DNA of 64,000 nt from Leucoraja erinacea (taxonomy: Eukaryota), in assembly GCF_028641065.1 (NCBI RefSeq), contig NC_073393.1:28830001-28894000 (forward strand), written 5' to 3'. Positions 24,881 to 37,029 of the stretch are shown in pieces; position 1 is the stretch's first letter; the number at the start of each line of letters is the position of its first letter. Under the pieces are notes generated by a model. That model was not told the DNA's origin and ran no database searches. It was given only the letters and a program-made list of their open reading frames with translations. A program made the position numbers and the translations under genes.

Positions 24881-25937
24881 CCTCAAAATCACATAAGCTC
24901 ATTTTGAACAGTGAATTCCCGTGGTAAAACCTGCAGGACTTTATTTAACGCTCACTAAGTAATTTGCACAGGGAGTTAAAGCATTTTAGCTTTCAATATT
25001 TCCTCCTAAAGTTAGGCGTTATGTAATCTCCAAACTCCACTGCCTCCTTAATGATAAATCCTCACATCAATCACAGAGGTTGGGAAGATGGGAGACATGG
25101 GGGGTTTGGAATTTCTTGATGTTCATTTATTTTTGCCATTAAATGGAGCCTCGCAGCTCTTGCGCTGAAAATAACTTGGCCCGGCATTTTTCAGACTAAA
25201 ATGAAGATGGTCAGCTGACAAGAAGGGGCCTCTTCTTCCTGACTGATAGTGCTGCGTCTGCAATGTGGCAAGAAGCAAATCATTGCGACACACCAATACT
25301 GAGGTTTCTGTGGTGCTACTGGTCAGTAGCTTGTCCAGGTGTTGCGGCCAAGGTTGCATGTGAGACAAAACCCAACGGCAAGGAAATCTTCATCAACTGC
25401 AAAGCAAACCAAAATAACAAAAACAACCCACTGCAGATACTGCAGAATTTTTCTATTCTTGAGAATGTTTCTTGCCGTTGATTGAGCTTGGGCAAGAGCG
25501 CGAGAAAGTGAACAGGAAAAGGTACATATTTGAACGTATATATGATCATTGCTCAGACAGGAAACTGATGTCTGTGTCTCGTTTGCCAGAGGAGCAATGG
25601 ATTCAGACATAGAACAGTACAGCACTCGAACAGGCCCTTCGGCCCATAATGTCTGTGCTACAATGTTGTACGCACAGCAATGGAAACATCTGTTTGTGAG
25701 TGAAATACGCGGTCATGGGATTTTCTGAATCCATTAATCAGTGGACTTTTTTAAAATGTTAGCAAGTGTTAATTTGTTAAAGGGAAATATGTTGCTGCAG
25801 CTAATAAAATAATGGACATATGAACTTCTGAATACCAGTGTCAGCCATTGCATTTCCCAACTGCTTGATACTTAAGACAGACAGTGGTGGTTTAATTTCT
25901 ACTCCAAGATGTAGCAGTCCTGTGTCTGAATCAGAAG

Positions 25938-26244
25938 TTCAGTTTAGTTTAGTTTAGAGATAGGACGTGGAAACAGGCCCTTCAACCCACCAAGTCCATG
26001 CTGACCAATGATCCTGTACATTAATTCTATCCTACACACTAGGGACATTTTGCAGAGGCCAAGTAACCTACAAATTCACACATATTTGGAATGTGGGAGG
26101 AAACAGGAGAACCTGGAGAAAACCCACGCAGTCACAGGGAGAACATGCAAACTCCACACATACTGAAGCCATAGTCAGGATCAAACCCCGCTCTCTGGCT
26201 CTGTAAAGGCAGCATTTCTGCAGTTGTGCCACTGTGCTGCCCCT
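25938..26244 (-). mobile_element. V-SINE (HE1-like)
   Basis: (TTTAG)n tail, body, head. Confidence 0.85.
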
Positions 26245-26439
26245 TTAGATTGCGATTCTGGTTCCAGTGTAGGGCATAACATCCAGGTAGACAATCCAAT
26301 GCAGTATTGAAGAGTTGAACAAAATTATGAACTGAACACATTATGATTGGCAGATAAGATCTCAGAATATTATCGGAAGAAAATAGTTTTTCCATGTGTC
26401 GTGGTCAATAATAAGCCTTCAACTAATGTTATTTAGGCA

Positions 26440-26648
26440 AAAACAACTGCAGATGCTGGACTCATGGATAGGGCAGATGTTGGTTTATACCGAAGATAGA
26501 CACAAAGTGCTGAACAATTCAGTGGATCAGGCAGCATCTCTGGAAGACATGGCGAGGCGACATTTCGGGTTGGGACCCTTCTTCAGTCTAAAGGGTCCCG
26601 AACTGAATCATCGCCTATCCCCGCCCTCCACAGAAGCTGTCTAACCTA
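26440..26648. mobile_element. Penelope-derived repeat with minus-strand hammerhead core (26559-26586) and partial inverted arm
   Basis: Reverse complement reads CTGAAGA-A-GGGT-CCCA-ACCC-GAAATGTC. Confidence 0.72.
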
Positions 26649-27429
26649 GTTTAGTTATTTATTTCATTTCTTAATGTGAGAGATTGCTGTTCTCAATTCA
26701 ATAGATTGTGACATTGCAGAAGTTCAGATTTGATGAATCGTATATATGTAGTTCCATAACCTTGTGCGGTATGTGTATATCTTGGAAGATTATTTAGGGG
26801 TGAGGTCCCTGCCTGTTCTTGCCCACACCTCCTCACCTTCCAAACACCTTCTCTGCAACATGACAGAAAGTATTCCTTTAGATGGGAAGCACTTTAAGAT
26901 ATTATACCGTTATAGGATGTATCAAGTAAACAGAGATTCATTGTAATTTGCTGTAGAGTAAGCTTAGTGAATGCTGTTTTTTTTAGTATTGTGGACATGG
27001 TTTGTGGGATGAATTCATGCATTGTGATAAGCCCTAATTCTTGTTTATTGCATGAAGAATATGAACATCAGAATGGCCGTCCTCTGTGTAGCGGCCAGGA
27101 ATGATATGGCTTGAACTTCCTTTGTCACTCCATTCTTGATCCCCGCAATGCCAAGGTACGAATTCGAACAGGTGGATCCTTCAAAGACGTACAGGTTTGT
27201 AGGTTAATTAGCTTGGTATAAATGTAAATTGTCCCTAGCGTGTGTAGGCTAGTGGTAGTGTGTGAGGATCACAGGTCGGTATGGATTCGATGGACCGAAG
27301 GGCCTGTTTCCGCATTGTATCTATGAACTAAACTCAACTAAGTTGAGAAAGGGAATGCTGGAGGTGAGCACTATGATTGCCTGGCAACAGGACACTTAGC
27401 CACCCACATATGAAGAAGATGCAATAGAC

Positions 27430-27670
27430 TACACATGCTGGAATACGAGGCAAATAAAACACAAAACTGCTGGAGGAATTGAACGGGTCCGGCAGCATCT
27501 GTGGAGGCAGAGGGGTGGTGGATATTTTGGGTCTGGACCTTGCATTGGGACAGATGGACTGCATCAGGGCCAGATGAAGGGTCTCGACCCTGAACCCAAA
27601 ACATTGACCTTCCCGCTGACTCTACCAATGCTGCTTGTGTCACCGAGTTCACCCAGCAGTTTGTTTGATG
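27430..27670. mobile_element. Older palindromic Penelope-derived repeat
   Basis: aaactgctggaggaatt...ggcagcatc arm with inverted arm; cagatgaagggtctcgaccc near the centre. Confidence 0.6.
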
Positions 27671-28479
27671 ACCCACATATGAAGGTCAGTTGGACCTGAA
27701 GAATGGATGGCATTAGCACCACTGATACGATTCAGTGATTTCAGAATCATTCATTGACTTTGGGATTTTTGAGGATGTGAAAGTCGCTATATAAATACAA
27801 GTTCTCTTTGTCTGGTGGAAAACAATAGCCCCCGACATGGGCTGGAGAGTTTCATCATCAACAGCACATGCTTGGAGCATTATTGCCATTAACTTCAGTA
27901 TTATTATTAGCACAATAATAGCTAACAAACATTTTAAAGGGTTAAAGTCACTATCTGAATGCAATGCTAAAGTCTCTCTTTCCTAAAATAAGTCAAGAGG
28001 CTCCACTTTTTCTAGGTAAAAGGGAAGTACATGAGCTAGTCTTGACGATTTGAGTGAAGCAACCTCTTTACAGTAAGTTCTTGATCTCATCTTCCGCTTA
28101 TTAACTTAATAGAAAATGTGTTGGGGTTAACACGCTGTTTTCTTTTAACTTTCATGGCTGGTCATGTACATAGATTACTGAAGAGATACATTTACCAGCA
28201 GCACCCACTGCCCATCCCATCCCTTCAATAATTTGTAGTATGAAATGTTGCTGAATGATTAATGTAAGGCTTCCGTCGTGCAGCCACAAGGATGTTTCAT
28301 GCCCTCTGCCCATTGGGATGATTTCTGTGTCCAGCCAGTCAGTTCATAGCTTGGACCTCAGCTGGTGTTGCCCGTGGTATGGCAGTCCCGATGCCAAATC
28401 AGTATGGCCCGTTGATCAGTGTCGTCAACAGCCTATTCTTCATCATAAAGGCACTCAAAGTGTGGATGATAACACTGTA

Positions 28480-28782
28480 TTTAGTTTAGTTTAGAGATAC
28501 AGGCCCTTCGGCCCATCGCATTTGTGCCGACCAGCGACCCCCCCCCCACATTAACACTATCCTACACCCATGGGGACAATTTTTACATTTACCAAGCCAA
28601 TTAACCTTCAAACCTGTACATCTTTGGAGTGTGGGAGGAAACCAAAGATCTCGGAGAAAACCCATGCAGGTCACGGGGAGAACGTACAAACTCCGTACAG
28701 ACAGCACCTGTAGTCGGGATCGAACCCAGGTCTCTGGCGCTGCAAGCGCTATAAGGCAGCAACTCTACCGCTGTGCCACTGT
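28480..28782 (-). mobile_element. V-SINE (HE1-like)
   Basis: Full family structure on minus strand. Confidence 0.85.
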
Positions 28783-28825
28783 GATCTATCACAGTCATGG
28801 TAGCAATGAGACCCAACCTGCAACA

Positions 28826-29120
28826 GCAGTGCACTGGTAGAGCTGCTGCATCACAGTGCCAGAGACCCAGGTTCGATCCGGACTACAGGTGTGCGGAATT
28901 TGCACGTTTCCCCTGTGTCCGTGCGGGTTTTCTTTGGGTGCTCTGGTTGCCTCCTACATTCCAAATGTAGAAATGCAGGTTTGTTGGTCTATTAGCCTCT
29001 GGAAATTGCCCCTAGTGTGTCGGAGGCGAAAGAGGTCTAACATAGAACTAGTGTATAGATGATCGATGGCTGGGGTGGGCTAGGTGGGCCGAAGGTCTGT
29101 TTCCATGCTGTATCTGTCTA
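28826..29120 (+). mobile_element. V-SINE (HE1-like)
   Basis: B box GGTTCGATCC, body and CR1-like tail. Confidence 0.82.
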
Positions 29121-29339
29121 AATTTACAGGAACCTAGCTGATTGCTGGTGGAACTCAGTATCAATGGAGGAGAAGGGATGGTTCACATTTTGGGTGTTGC
29201 CCCTTGCATCCACAGATCACTTTGAAGGTTAGTGCCAAAATAGAATTAATCTGTGACCCGGTATAATGTCAATGGGCTAAAATAGCCAGCTAATGTATCA
29301 GTAAGAATGAAATAAACTTCGTAAGTATATAATTTAGAT

Positions 29340-29820
29340 TTAGGTTTATTATTATTATCATCATCATGTGGACTGAGGCACAGTGAAAAGTGTTTGCTTG
29401 TGTGTTATGTGATTAAATCTGATGTTAGACATGATTACAACCCAGCCAAACACAAGTACTAAAGGAAGCACAAAGAGAAAATTACCAGAGTGCAGAATAT
29501 CTTTCCTCAAAATTGTAGCAAAACAGTTCCAGAGTAAAAGTCCAATATCTGCAATTATGTAGTTTGGAAAATCAAGACTATGTCCTAGCTTATGGAAGGA
29601 CCGTTAAGAAGTCCGATAACTGATGGGAAGAAAATCTTCCCAAGTCTGATGCTAACCTAACACTCTCAGGTTTCTGTATCTTCTGCCCGATGGGAGCAGG
29701 GAGACAAAGGAATGACTGGGGGTGGGAAAGGTCCTTGATTATATTGGCTGCTCTCCTGAGGCAGCGTGAAGTTCAGATGGACTCAATACTGGGAAGTCTG
29801 GCCTGGTTGATGGACTGGTT
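29340..29820 (-). mobile_element. Rex1-type LINE 3' fragment (degenerate)
   Basis: tttattattatt...acagtgaaaag tail; ttctgcccgatgggag (LPSGR) region. Confidence 0.6.
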
Positions 29821-29903
29821 ACCGAAAGCACTTTGGGAGGTCCACAGGGTTATAAAAGGTGTTGTTTTTGGGTTAACTCTATTTTTCTTGCAAAATTGCG
29901 AGA

Positions 29904-30370
29904 TTGATCCCTGGGATGGCGGGACTGTCATACGAGGAAAGATTGAAAAGACTAGGCTTGTATTCACTGGAGTTTAGAAGGATGAGCGGAGATCTTATAG
30001 AAACATATAAAAATATAAAAGGACTGGACAAGCTAGATGCAGGAAAAATGTTCCCAATGTTGGGCGAGTCCAGAACCAGGTGCCACAGTCTTAGAATAAA
30101 GGGGAAGCCATTTAAGACTGAGATGAGAAAAAAAAATTCACACAGTGAGTTGTGAATTTGTGGAATTCCCTGCCACAGAGGGCAGTGAAGGCCAAATCAC
30201 TGGATGGATTTAAGATAGTTAGATAGAGCTCTAGGGGCTAGTGGAATCAAGGGATATGGGGAGAAGGCAGGCACGTGTTATTGATTGGGGACGATCAGCC
30301 ATGATCACAATGAATGGCGGTGCTGGTTCGAAAGGCCGAATGGCCTCCTCCTGCAGCTATTTTCTATTGT
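29904..30370 (+). mobile_element. CR1 LINE 3' fragment
   Basis: IPGMAGLSYEERLKRLGLYSLEFRRMSGDLIETYK; 3'UTR ggccgaatggcctcctcctgc. Confidence 0.9.
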
Positions 30371-30559
30371 AGAAATGATTCTTATTTTACATACATTGAC
30401 AGCTGCTGTTAGAATCAGATTAACAAACCTGGCAGGAAATGATTGAGTTCATTTTTAATAAATGTAACAATTTAGCCACGTGATCCACTTGCATTACTGT
30501 GGGCACTTGGTTACCTGAACAAATGGCTCCTAAGAATGTTAAATTACGAGTACAATTAC

Positions 30560-30832
30560 GCCATCAGGTCTACTCTGCCATTTAATCATGGCTAATCTAT
30601 CTCTCCCTCTAACCCCCATTCTCCTGCCTTCTCTGACACCTGCACTAATCAAAAATCTTTCTACTCAGCTTTAAAAGTATCCACTGACTTGGCCTCCACA
30701 GCAAATAATTCCACAGATTCACCTTTGACTAAAGACATTTCTCCTTCTGAAAAGAACGTCCTTTAATTCTGGGGCTAAAACCTCTAGTTCTAGACTCTCC
30801 CACTCTTCTCCACATCCGCTCTATCCAAGCCT
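30560..30832 (-). mobile_element. CR1 3' fragment
   Basis: catggctaatctatctctccctctaacccccattctcctgcc family UTR. Confidence 0.7.
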
Positions 30833-31453
30833 CTAGATGGCCACATGAGGAGTTTGAAGAGGGAAGCAAGGAAGGAGCATGGCAGGAGGGGTTAAGATTG
30901 AGGTTCGGAGAGGCATACAGATGACACTTGGTTTGAAAGAGAGTATAGAAGCTAAGGAAAGAGAACTGCTAACAACACCAACCAACCTGGGAGTCTGGAA
31001 CAAATGTTCAACAGTTCTGTGGGAGCAGAGTGTTGTCCATGTGAACAAGTTATTGCTTCTAGATGTGTTTGCTACCTTTTATATTATTTGTTTCTATCTA
31101 AAAGGTGTTACCTAGAGTGTCATCACCCCTGTGCAGCAAAATGTAACCAATTTGAGACACATATGCACACACACACACGCACACCCACATGCACGCATTC
31201 ACACACACATACCCACACGCAGTTACTCACTCAGTCACAAGGGTGCAGCCACATTCCCATGGGATACCTCATGCTGATATTGCTAGATTTCGCCCACTTC
31301 TTCTTTTGTGGGCAGATTTTCTGTCTATCAAGGTGAACAATCTCAGTACTGAGCAGCAGAACATTTTCCATCATGTCTCTAAGGGTTAGCGGCTACCACT
31401 GCTAGCGGCTCATTAGCCTAATTTATTCTACATCCAACTACATGCCAAAGCCA

Positions 31454-31770
31454 AACTTGCATTCATTTAGTGCTTTCCACATCCTCTAAAGAGCACCAGT
31501 GTTCTTGTGGTACAGTATAGAAAACATTTCAGCGAATTTGTGCCCAATATGGTTCTAGAAAATAGCAGATGTCAGAATCCAGTACTAATGATTAATGGGT
31601 ACGTGTCCCCCTAAAACAAGAATATTTTCCTCTGGAATTGTCCCCCAGTACTACACTGGGGCAACAGCCATATATTTTTGGGGCTCAACTTCATTTTATT
31701 CTGAAGAGGACCTGCATCCAAAATCTTGTGACTTTGAGACAAGTATCTCAGTAGCCAAGGTACAGCCAGC
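31454..31770 (-). mobile_element. Highly degenerate DeuSINE-like element
   Basis: aacttgcattcatttagtgctt L2-like tail and residual central/head similarity only. Confidence 0.35.
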
Positions 31771-31944
31771 CGAGGATTAGAAGAAAGCCCTCATCTAATG
31801 CTGCTAATTTCCCCACTTTAATCAACATGGCCCCTCTATTAACAGTTGATTATATCAAGCAGCCAAAAAATAAATTGTTGGAAGAACGTGAGTTTAGAAA
31901 GGTGGGGGGGGTGGGGGGGGGAACCTCATTGCAATTTTGTTGAA

Positions 31945-32950
31945 TAGTGAAAGGCCTTGATAGAGTGGATGTGGAAAGAATGTTTCCACAGGTGGGAGCG
32001 TCTAAGACCCGAGGGCACAGCCTCAGAATAAAAGGATGTACCTTTAGAAAGGAGACAAGGCGGATTTTTTTTAGTCAGAGGGTGTTGAATCTTGGAATTA
32101 ATTGCCACAGGCAGCTGTGAAGACCAAGTCTTGGGTATTTTTAAAGCGAAGATAGGCAGATTCTTAATTAGTAAGGGTGTCAGGGGTTATGGGGAGAAGG
32201 CAGGTGTAATGGGTATAGCTTGGACCCAATAGCAGCACAGAATCAGGCAGGTATAATTGGTAATGAAACTTATTACGATATTGTAACACAGGAATGGGTA
32301 CACCGTACTCACACAGAGGCGCAGGATTGAGCAAGGGTTCTGAAGAGGGGCAGGCAGGAGACGTAGTCGGGGTAGCGGAAGGTCCGGTAACCAGGAGATC
32401 CAACACACGATGCAAACAAACTAGCGAGGGACAGATGAAAGGAGAGTCAAAGCCAGGCAGGTAGTCGAGGTGCCATTGCAGGGATACACCAAACATCCCA
32501 GGAGAGAGACAGACAGAAACCAGGAGGTCGAGGACAGAAGGCTGAGGTGCTATCCGGGAAGACAACATGCCGGAATGGTCAGGGGCAGGCAGGTTTGAAT
32601 CCGTGTAGGCAGTCGGGAAATCGCTGGAGAGTTTTGCATGAATGCTGAGAACAATCTGGCACTGTGTGAACGGTGAGGAGAGTCTATATACCGGGTTAAT
32701 AGGTGATCAGAGGCAACTGAGTGCAACAGGTGAGGAGAGTTAGGCTGATGAGAGGGGAGTGGCAGGCAGGTGAGGAGAAGGAGGGACTGGTGGAAAAGTA
32801 CTGGGAGGTGAAGTGGATGAGAATGAGGAGAGGGCAGACTGTAACAGCAGGAGATTGGGGTTGAGAGGGAAAGATAGATCAGCCATGATTGAATGGCGGA
32901 GTAGACTCGCTGGACTACAGATACTGCTCTGTGGCTTATATATTTCCAGA
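31945..32950 (+). mobile_element. CR1 3' fragment interrupted by a solo LTR
   Basis: Host reads ggggagaaggcagg|agattggggttgagagggaaagatagatcagccatg across the insertion. Confidence 0.8.
32205..32846 (-). mobile_element. Solo LTR (642 bp), probably Ty3/Gypsy
   Basis: TGTAA...TAACA termini; 5-bp TSD GCAGG (32200-32204, 32847-32851). Orientation inferred from TATATA and degenerate AATAAG on the minus strand. Confidence 0.8.
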
Positions 32951-33399
32951 TCTCTTGTTTCTTTAAAAGTCGAGTCCAAACCATTCCAAACTCTCAGCTT
33001 TGCATATTCCACTCCATGATGAACTGTTGCACCAGAAATCTGCTAACGGGGCTAAATCACACATCTTGAGTAACATTTAAGAAAGTCAGCTGTTTGACCT
33101 ATTGAGAAATTTCTGGAAGACAACACAGGAAGACAACACTTTTAAAGAATACAGAACAATCCAAAGCCTTGTGTTTTTCAGTGAGCATGAAATGCTGACT
33201 ACTGCAAATTCTATATCAGGCTAGGGTTTGTTTTAAAAAAAAATTGCTGCTGCCTGAAGGTGAAGCACGTTCCAATTATGTGGTAACCTTCTTTAAAAGG
33301 TGTTCAAGAAGGAACTGCAGATGCTGGAATATCGAAGGTACACAAAATTGCTGGAGAAACTCAGTGGGTGCAGCAGCATCTATGGAGCGAAGAAAATAG

Positions 33400-33431
33400 G
33401 CGACGTTTCGGGCCGAAACCCTTCTTCAGAC
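33400..33431 (-). ncRNA. Minimal type-I hammerhead ribozyme motif (antisense twin)
   Basis: Exact reverse complement of the core at 33438-33465. Confidence 0.65.
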
Positions 33432-33435
33432 TGGA

Positions 33436-33467
33436 GTCTGAAGAAGGGTTTCGGCCCGAAACGTCGC
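33436..33467 (+). ncRNA. Minimal type-I hammerhead ribozyme motif
   Basis: CUGAAGA(33438-44)-A-GGGU/UUCG/GCCC-GAAAC-GUC; predicted cleavage after 33465. Stem I is only about 2 bp. Confidence 0.65.
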
Positions 33468-34054
33468 CTATTTTCTTCACTCCATAGATGCTGCTGCACC
33501 CGCTGAGTTTCTCCAGCAATTTTGTGTACCTTCTTTAAAAGGTGTTGCATTGTGCTTTGTTTCTTTTTGCAGGAATTTCTTTGTCTAGTGGACTTGGCCC
33601 TCAGTTCAGCTGTTATGATAAAACACGGAAAACATTCTGGTCAGCTGAAGGGATAGATGTAAAACTGAGTCAGCTACCCAATTATTTAGATGTGGCATTC
33701 CACTTGCGCAATGCCACCATGCAGCAAATGGGAAAGAGTTATGTACAAATGTAATATAACCCCAAATTTTTCGTAATATTCATTTGAATAGTATCTGCAA
33801 TTTTGACTGCGGGACTATTAGATTCCAGGTGTTTCATGAATGTTCTTTATAAAGTTGTCCTTATGAGACACAAACTCTACGTGACTCTAGACAATGACGC
33901 AATGGTTGACTGTTGGCCTCCATTTTGTTTAGGGGGAATTTGACATAGGCAATAAGTGCAAACCTTGCCTGTGGCACACGCGGTGGTGTGATAAAGAGGA
34001 GAGGGTTTGTTTAGACTCCTCAAGGGAAGTATACTCTGTGGCAACTGAGACTCA

Positions 34055-34353
34055 GTTTAGTTTGGAGATGCAGATACAGCGCAGAAACAGGCCTTTCGGC
34101 CCACTGAGTCCATGCCGACCAACGATCCCCGCACACTAACACTATCCTACACACACTAGGGACAATTTAACATTCATACCAAGCCAATTAACCTACACAC
34201 CTGGATGTCTTTGGAGTGTGGGAAGATCTCACAGAAAACCCATGCAGGACAAACTCTGTACTGACAGCACCCTTGGTTGTGATCGAATCTGGGTCTCCGG
34301 GCCTGCAAGTCATGTAAGGCAGCAACATTACTGTGGCGCCACCGTGCCGCCCC
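34055..34353 (-). mobile_element. V-SINE (HE1-like)
   Basis: Full family structure. Confidence 0.82.
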
Positions 34354-34837
34354 AATTGATGGTTCCTTTGTAGCTTTAAGAATTCGAATTCAGATACAAG
34401 GGCAAGGTATCGTTTGCCACTTCCAATATAGCACTGAGACCTGCGCTAACTTTCAGGTAGGTTATGAAACTGAGATCCTTCTTTCTGTCTTTGGAAGATT
34501 TTAGGTGCTGTTTATTATTTTCCAAGACTTTTGCTTTATCTCAATTGCTGAAATTCTCAGGTAAGGTTTAACACAAGTTAAAACCATGGTATGTAGGAAA
34601 GAAATGAAGATAGATGCTGGTTATACACCAAAGATAGACAACAAAAATGCTGGAGTAACTAAGTGGGACAGGCAGCATCTCTGAAGGGAAGGAATTTATA
34701 GTTTTATTAAGTCTTTGCTTCCTGTGGCATCTTTTTATTTTCTGTACCTCAGCATTAGGGGATAGAGATGAATAGCAGATTCAAATCATCAGCAAACTAA
34801 TAAAGTTTGTAACAGACATACAATTTTTCTCTAATAG

Positions 34838-35057
34838 GACACAATGTGCTGGAGGAACTCAGTGGGTCAAGCAGCATCCCTGGACAACATGGAAAGGTGA
34901 CATTCCGGGTCGGGACCCATCTTCAGAAGGTTGAGTCCCGTCTGAAGAAGGGTCCCAATCCAAAACGTCACCTATCCATGTTCTCCAAAGGTGATGCCTG
35001 ACCTGTTAAGTTCCTCCTGCACTTTATGTTCCAGCATCTGCAGTTCCTTGTGTCTCC
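34838..35057. mobile_element. Palindromic Penelope-derived repeat
   Basis: Inverted arms around ...cccatcttcag / ctgaagaagggtcccaatccaaaacgtcacc. Confidence 0.78.
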
Positions 35058-35379
35058 ATACAATTCTTTTCAAACTTTTGGGTACTTGTTAAACGTTTTT
35101 TAACAGAACAGATGTTACAAGAATTATTAGAAACTTAGAAGAGTTGATATACCAACAAAATGTTTTTGCATTGATATAGTTAGAATTGAGATTGAGATGT
35201 TAAATGGAGCCTAATTCAACCCAGGAAGAAGCTGCATTCTGATAAATCTCAGGAGGTTTGTATCAGTTTTCATTACTGCCTTATGTAATGACTGAATAAT
35301 TCATTGCACATGTGAAAGGACATATTCTATCTGTAAGTGTTTGTATAAACGTGTTCCCAGATATCATCCTTTTAAAAAC

Positions 35380-35660
35380 AGAAGATAGACCCAAAATGGA
35401 GAAAAGGAATAGGTGAGTTTTCGGGTCGAGTCCCTTCTTCAGTCTTAGAGTCAGCGGAGGGGAAAACTAGAGATATGAGTACAAAGAACAAATGAATGAA
35501 AGGTATGAAAAGGACAAATCACAGCCAGCAATGATGATATAGGAAATGTGGAGCCCACAATGGTCCATTGTTGGCTGTGAAGAAGGTAAAAACTAGTGGA
35601 TGCAAACAGTGAAACTAAGGTGGATTGCAGTGAAAGTAGTGGGATGACTAGGGAGGATGA
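35380..35660 (-). mobile_element. Penelope 3' region
   Basis: ttcgggtcgagtcccttcttcag core plus purine-rich UTR with ccattgttggct, as in 13780-14075. Confidence 0.65.
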
Positions 35661-35898
35661 ACTTTCTGTTTAACCCGCCAAATGCTAACTACATTTTGAA
35701 ATCCTATTGGATATGTGGCATTGATGTGCCAAAACCTATAACCAAACTAATTTAGATGATAAATCTTAAATTTTTTAAAGTATGGGGAAGTGGCATCCTC
35801 ACTCAATTGGATAACAATAGCATATTGACAATAGCAATAGCATAGAATGCTTGATTGTGACTCTGGCTTGTTGGTACAAGTCCGACTACTGCGCACAG

Positions 35899-36188
35899 GG
35901 CAGCACAGTGGCACAGCGGTTGAGTTGCTGCCTTACAGCACCAGAGGTGTATTCGATCCAGAGGTCGGGTGTTGTCTGTATGGAGTTTGTACATTCTCCC
36001 CGTGATCGCCTAGGTTTTTACTGGGTGTTCTGGTTCCCTCCCACATTCCAGGTTCGTAGGTTAATTAGCCTCTGTAAATTGCCTCTAGTGTGTGGGATGG
36101 AACTAGTGTCCGAGTAATCACTGGTTGGCGTGGACTTGGTAGGCCAAAGGGCCTATTTCCATGCTATATCTCTAAACTAATCTAAACT
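35899..36188 (+). mobile_element. V-SINE (HE1-like)
   Basis: gggcagcacagtggcacagcgg head; CTAAA tail. Confidence 0.82.
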
Positions 36189-36356
36189 ACTGAGGCTCAA
36201 GCATAAAGCTGTAGGTGGAGGAAGAGTGCAGGACTAAAGGAAATATTGTAGTCTGGGTTATTGCCTTTCAGAAGGCATATTCTGAGCCACTCTACTCTCT
36301 CAGGTGTCTTCAAAATAATAAAAGCAGGAATATCAATTCTTGACATCTTGCTGTGT

Positions 36357-36650
36357 ACATAGAACATAGAGCACAGAACAGTACAGCACAGGAATAGGCC
36401 CTTCAGCCCATAATGTCTGTGCCAAACATGATTCCAAGACCAAATTTTATCTGCCTTTACATAATCCATATCCCTCCACCCCCTGCTTATCCTTGTGCCT
36501 ATCCAAAAAACTCTTCAATGCCATTATTGTTTCGACCTGAACCAATGGCCCCGGTTACACATTCCAGGTAGTCACCAACCTCTGTGTAAATAACTTGCTT
36601 CCTTCATCTCCTTTAAAGTTTGCACCTCCCACCTTAAAACCCTGCTCTCA
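36357..36650 (-). mobile_element. CR1 3' fragment
   Basis: acatagaacatagagcacagaacagtacagcacagg tail and body. Confidence 0.72.
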
Positions 36651-37029
36651 ATTATCCCTCAAGTATTTACCCTTCAATTAATATCACTAAAATCAAATTC
36701 TCTGTTCATTATTGCATTTCTGTGTTATCTTCCAGTGGGCAAATACACAGCTGTGAAATCATACGCTAAAAAATTGCCTTATTGAGAAACTACCAGTGAA
36801 CCTAATCCCACCTTCTAATACTGGATCCATGGACCTGCAGGTCACAACTCTTCAATTGCATGTCTAAATACCTTTTGAATATGATGCCAGTTTCTGTTTC
36901 GACTACCCTTTCGAGCAAAAAATTTCAGATGCTATCACCATCTGGGTGATTCTGTTTGCTTCTTCCTCTCTAATCCTTCTATCTGCAATTCATAGCCTAT
37001 TGTCTAGATTTATAGGCTCTTTGGTTTTT

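Larger units (their letters stand above)
33301..33533. mobile_element. Young palindromic Penelope-derived element with two hammerhead cores
   Basis: 99-bp inverted arms 33334-33432 / 33435-33533 (2 mismatches); flanking 19-bp direct repeat 33286-33304 / 33528-33546. Confidence 0.9.

Noticed and set aside
27150-27180. Cluster of EcoRI, BstBI and BamHI sites resembling a polylinker
   Set aside because: Order matches no vector I recognise and there is no flanking vector sequence; likely chance.
32164-33019. Several 70-140 aa ORFs on both strands
   Set aside because: They span the solo LTR and CR1 UTR and show no gag or env motifs.
33542-33754. 70-aa ORF following a good splice acceptor (ttctttttgcag at about 33571)
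   Set aside because: No recognisable protein similarity, no convincing donor and no partner exons.
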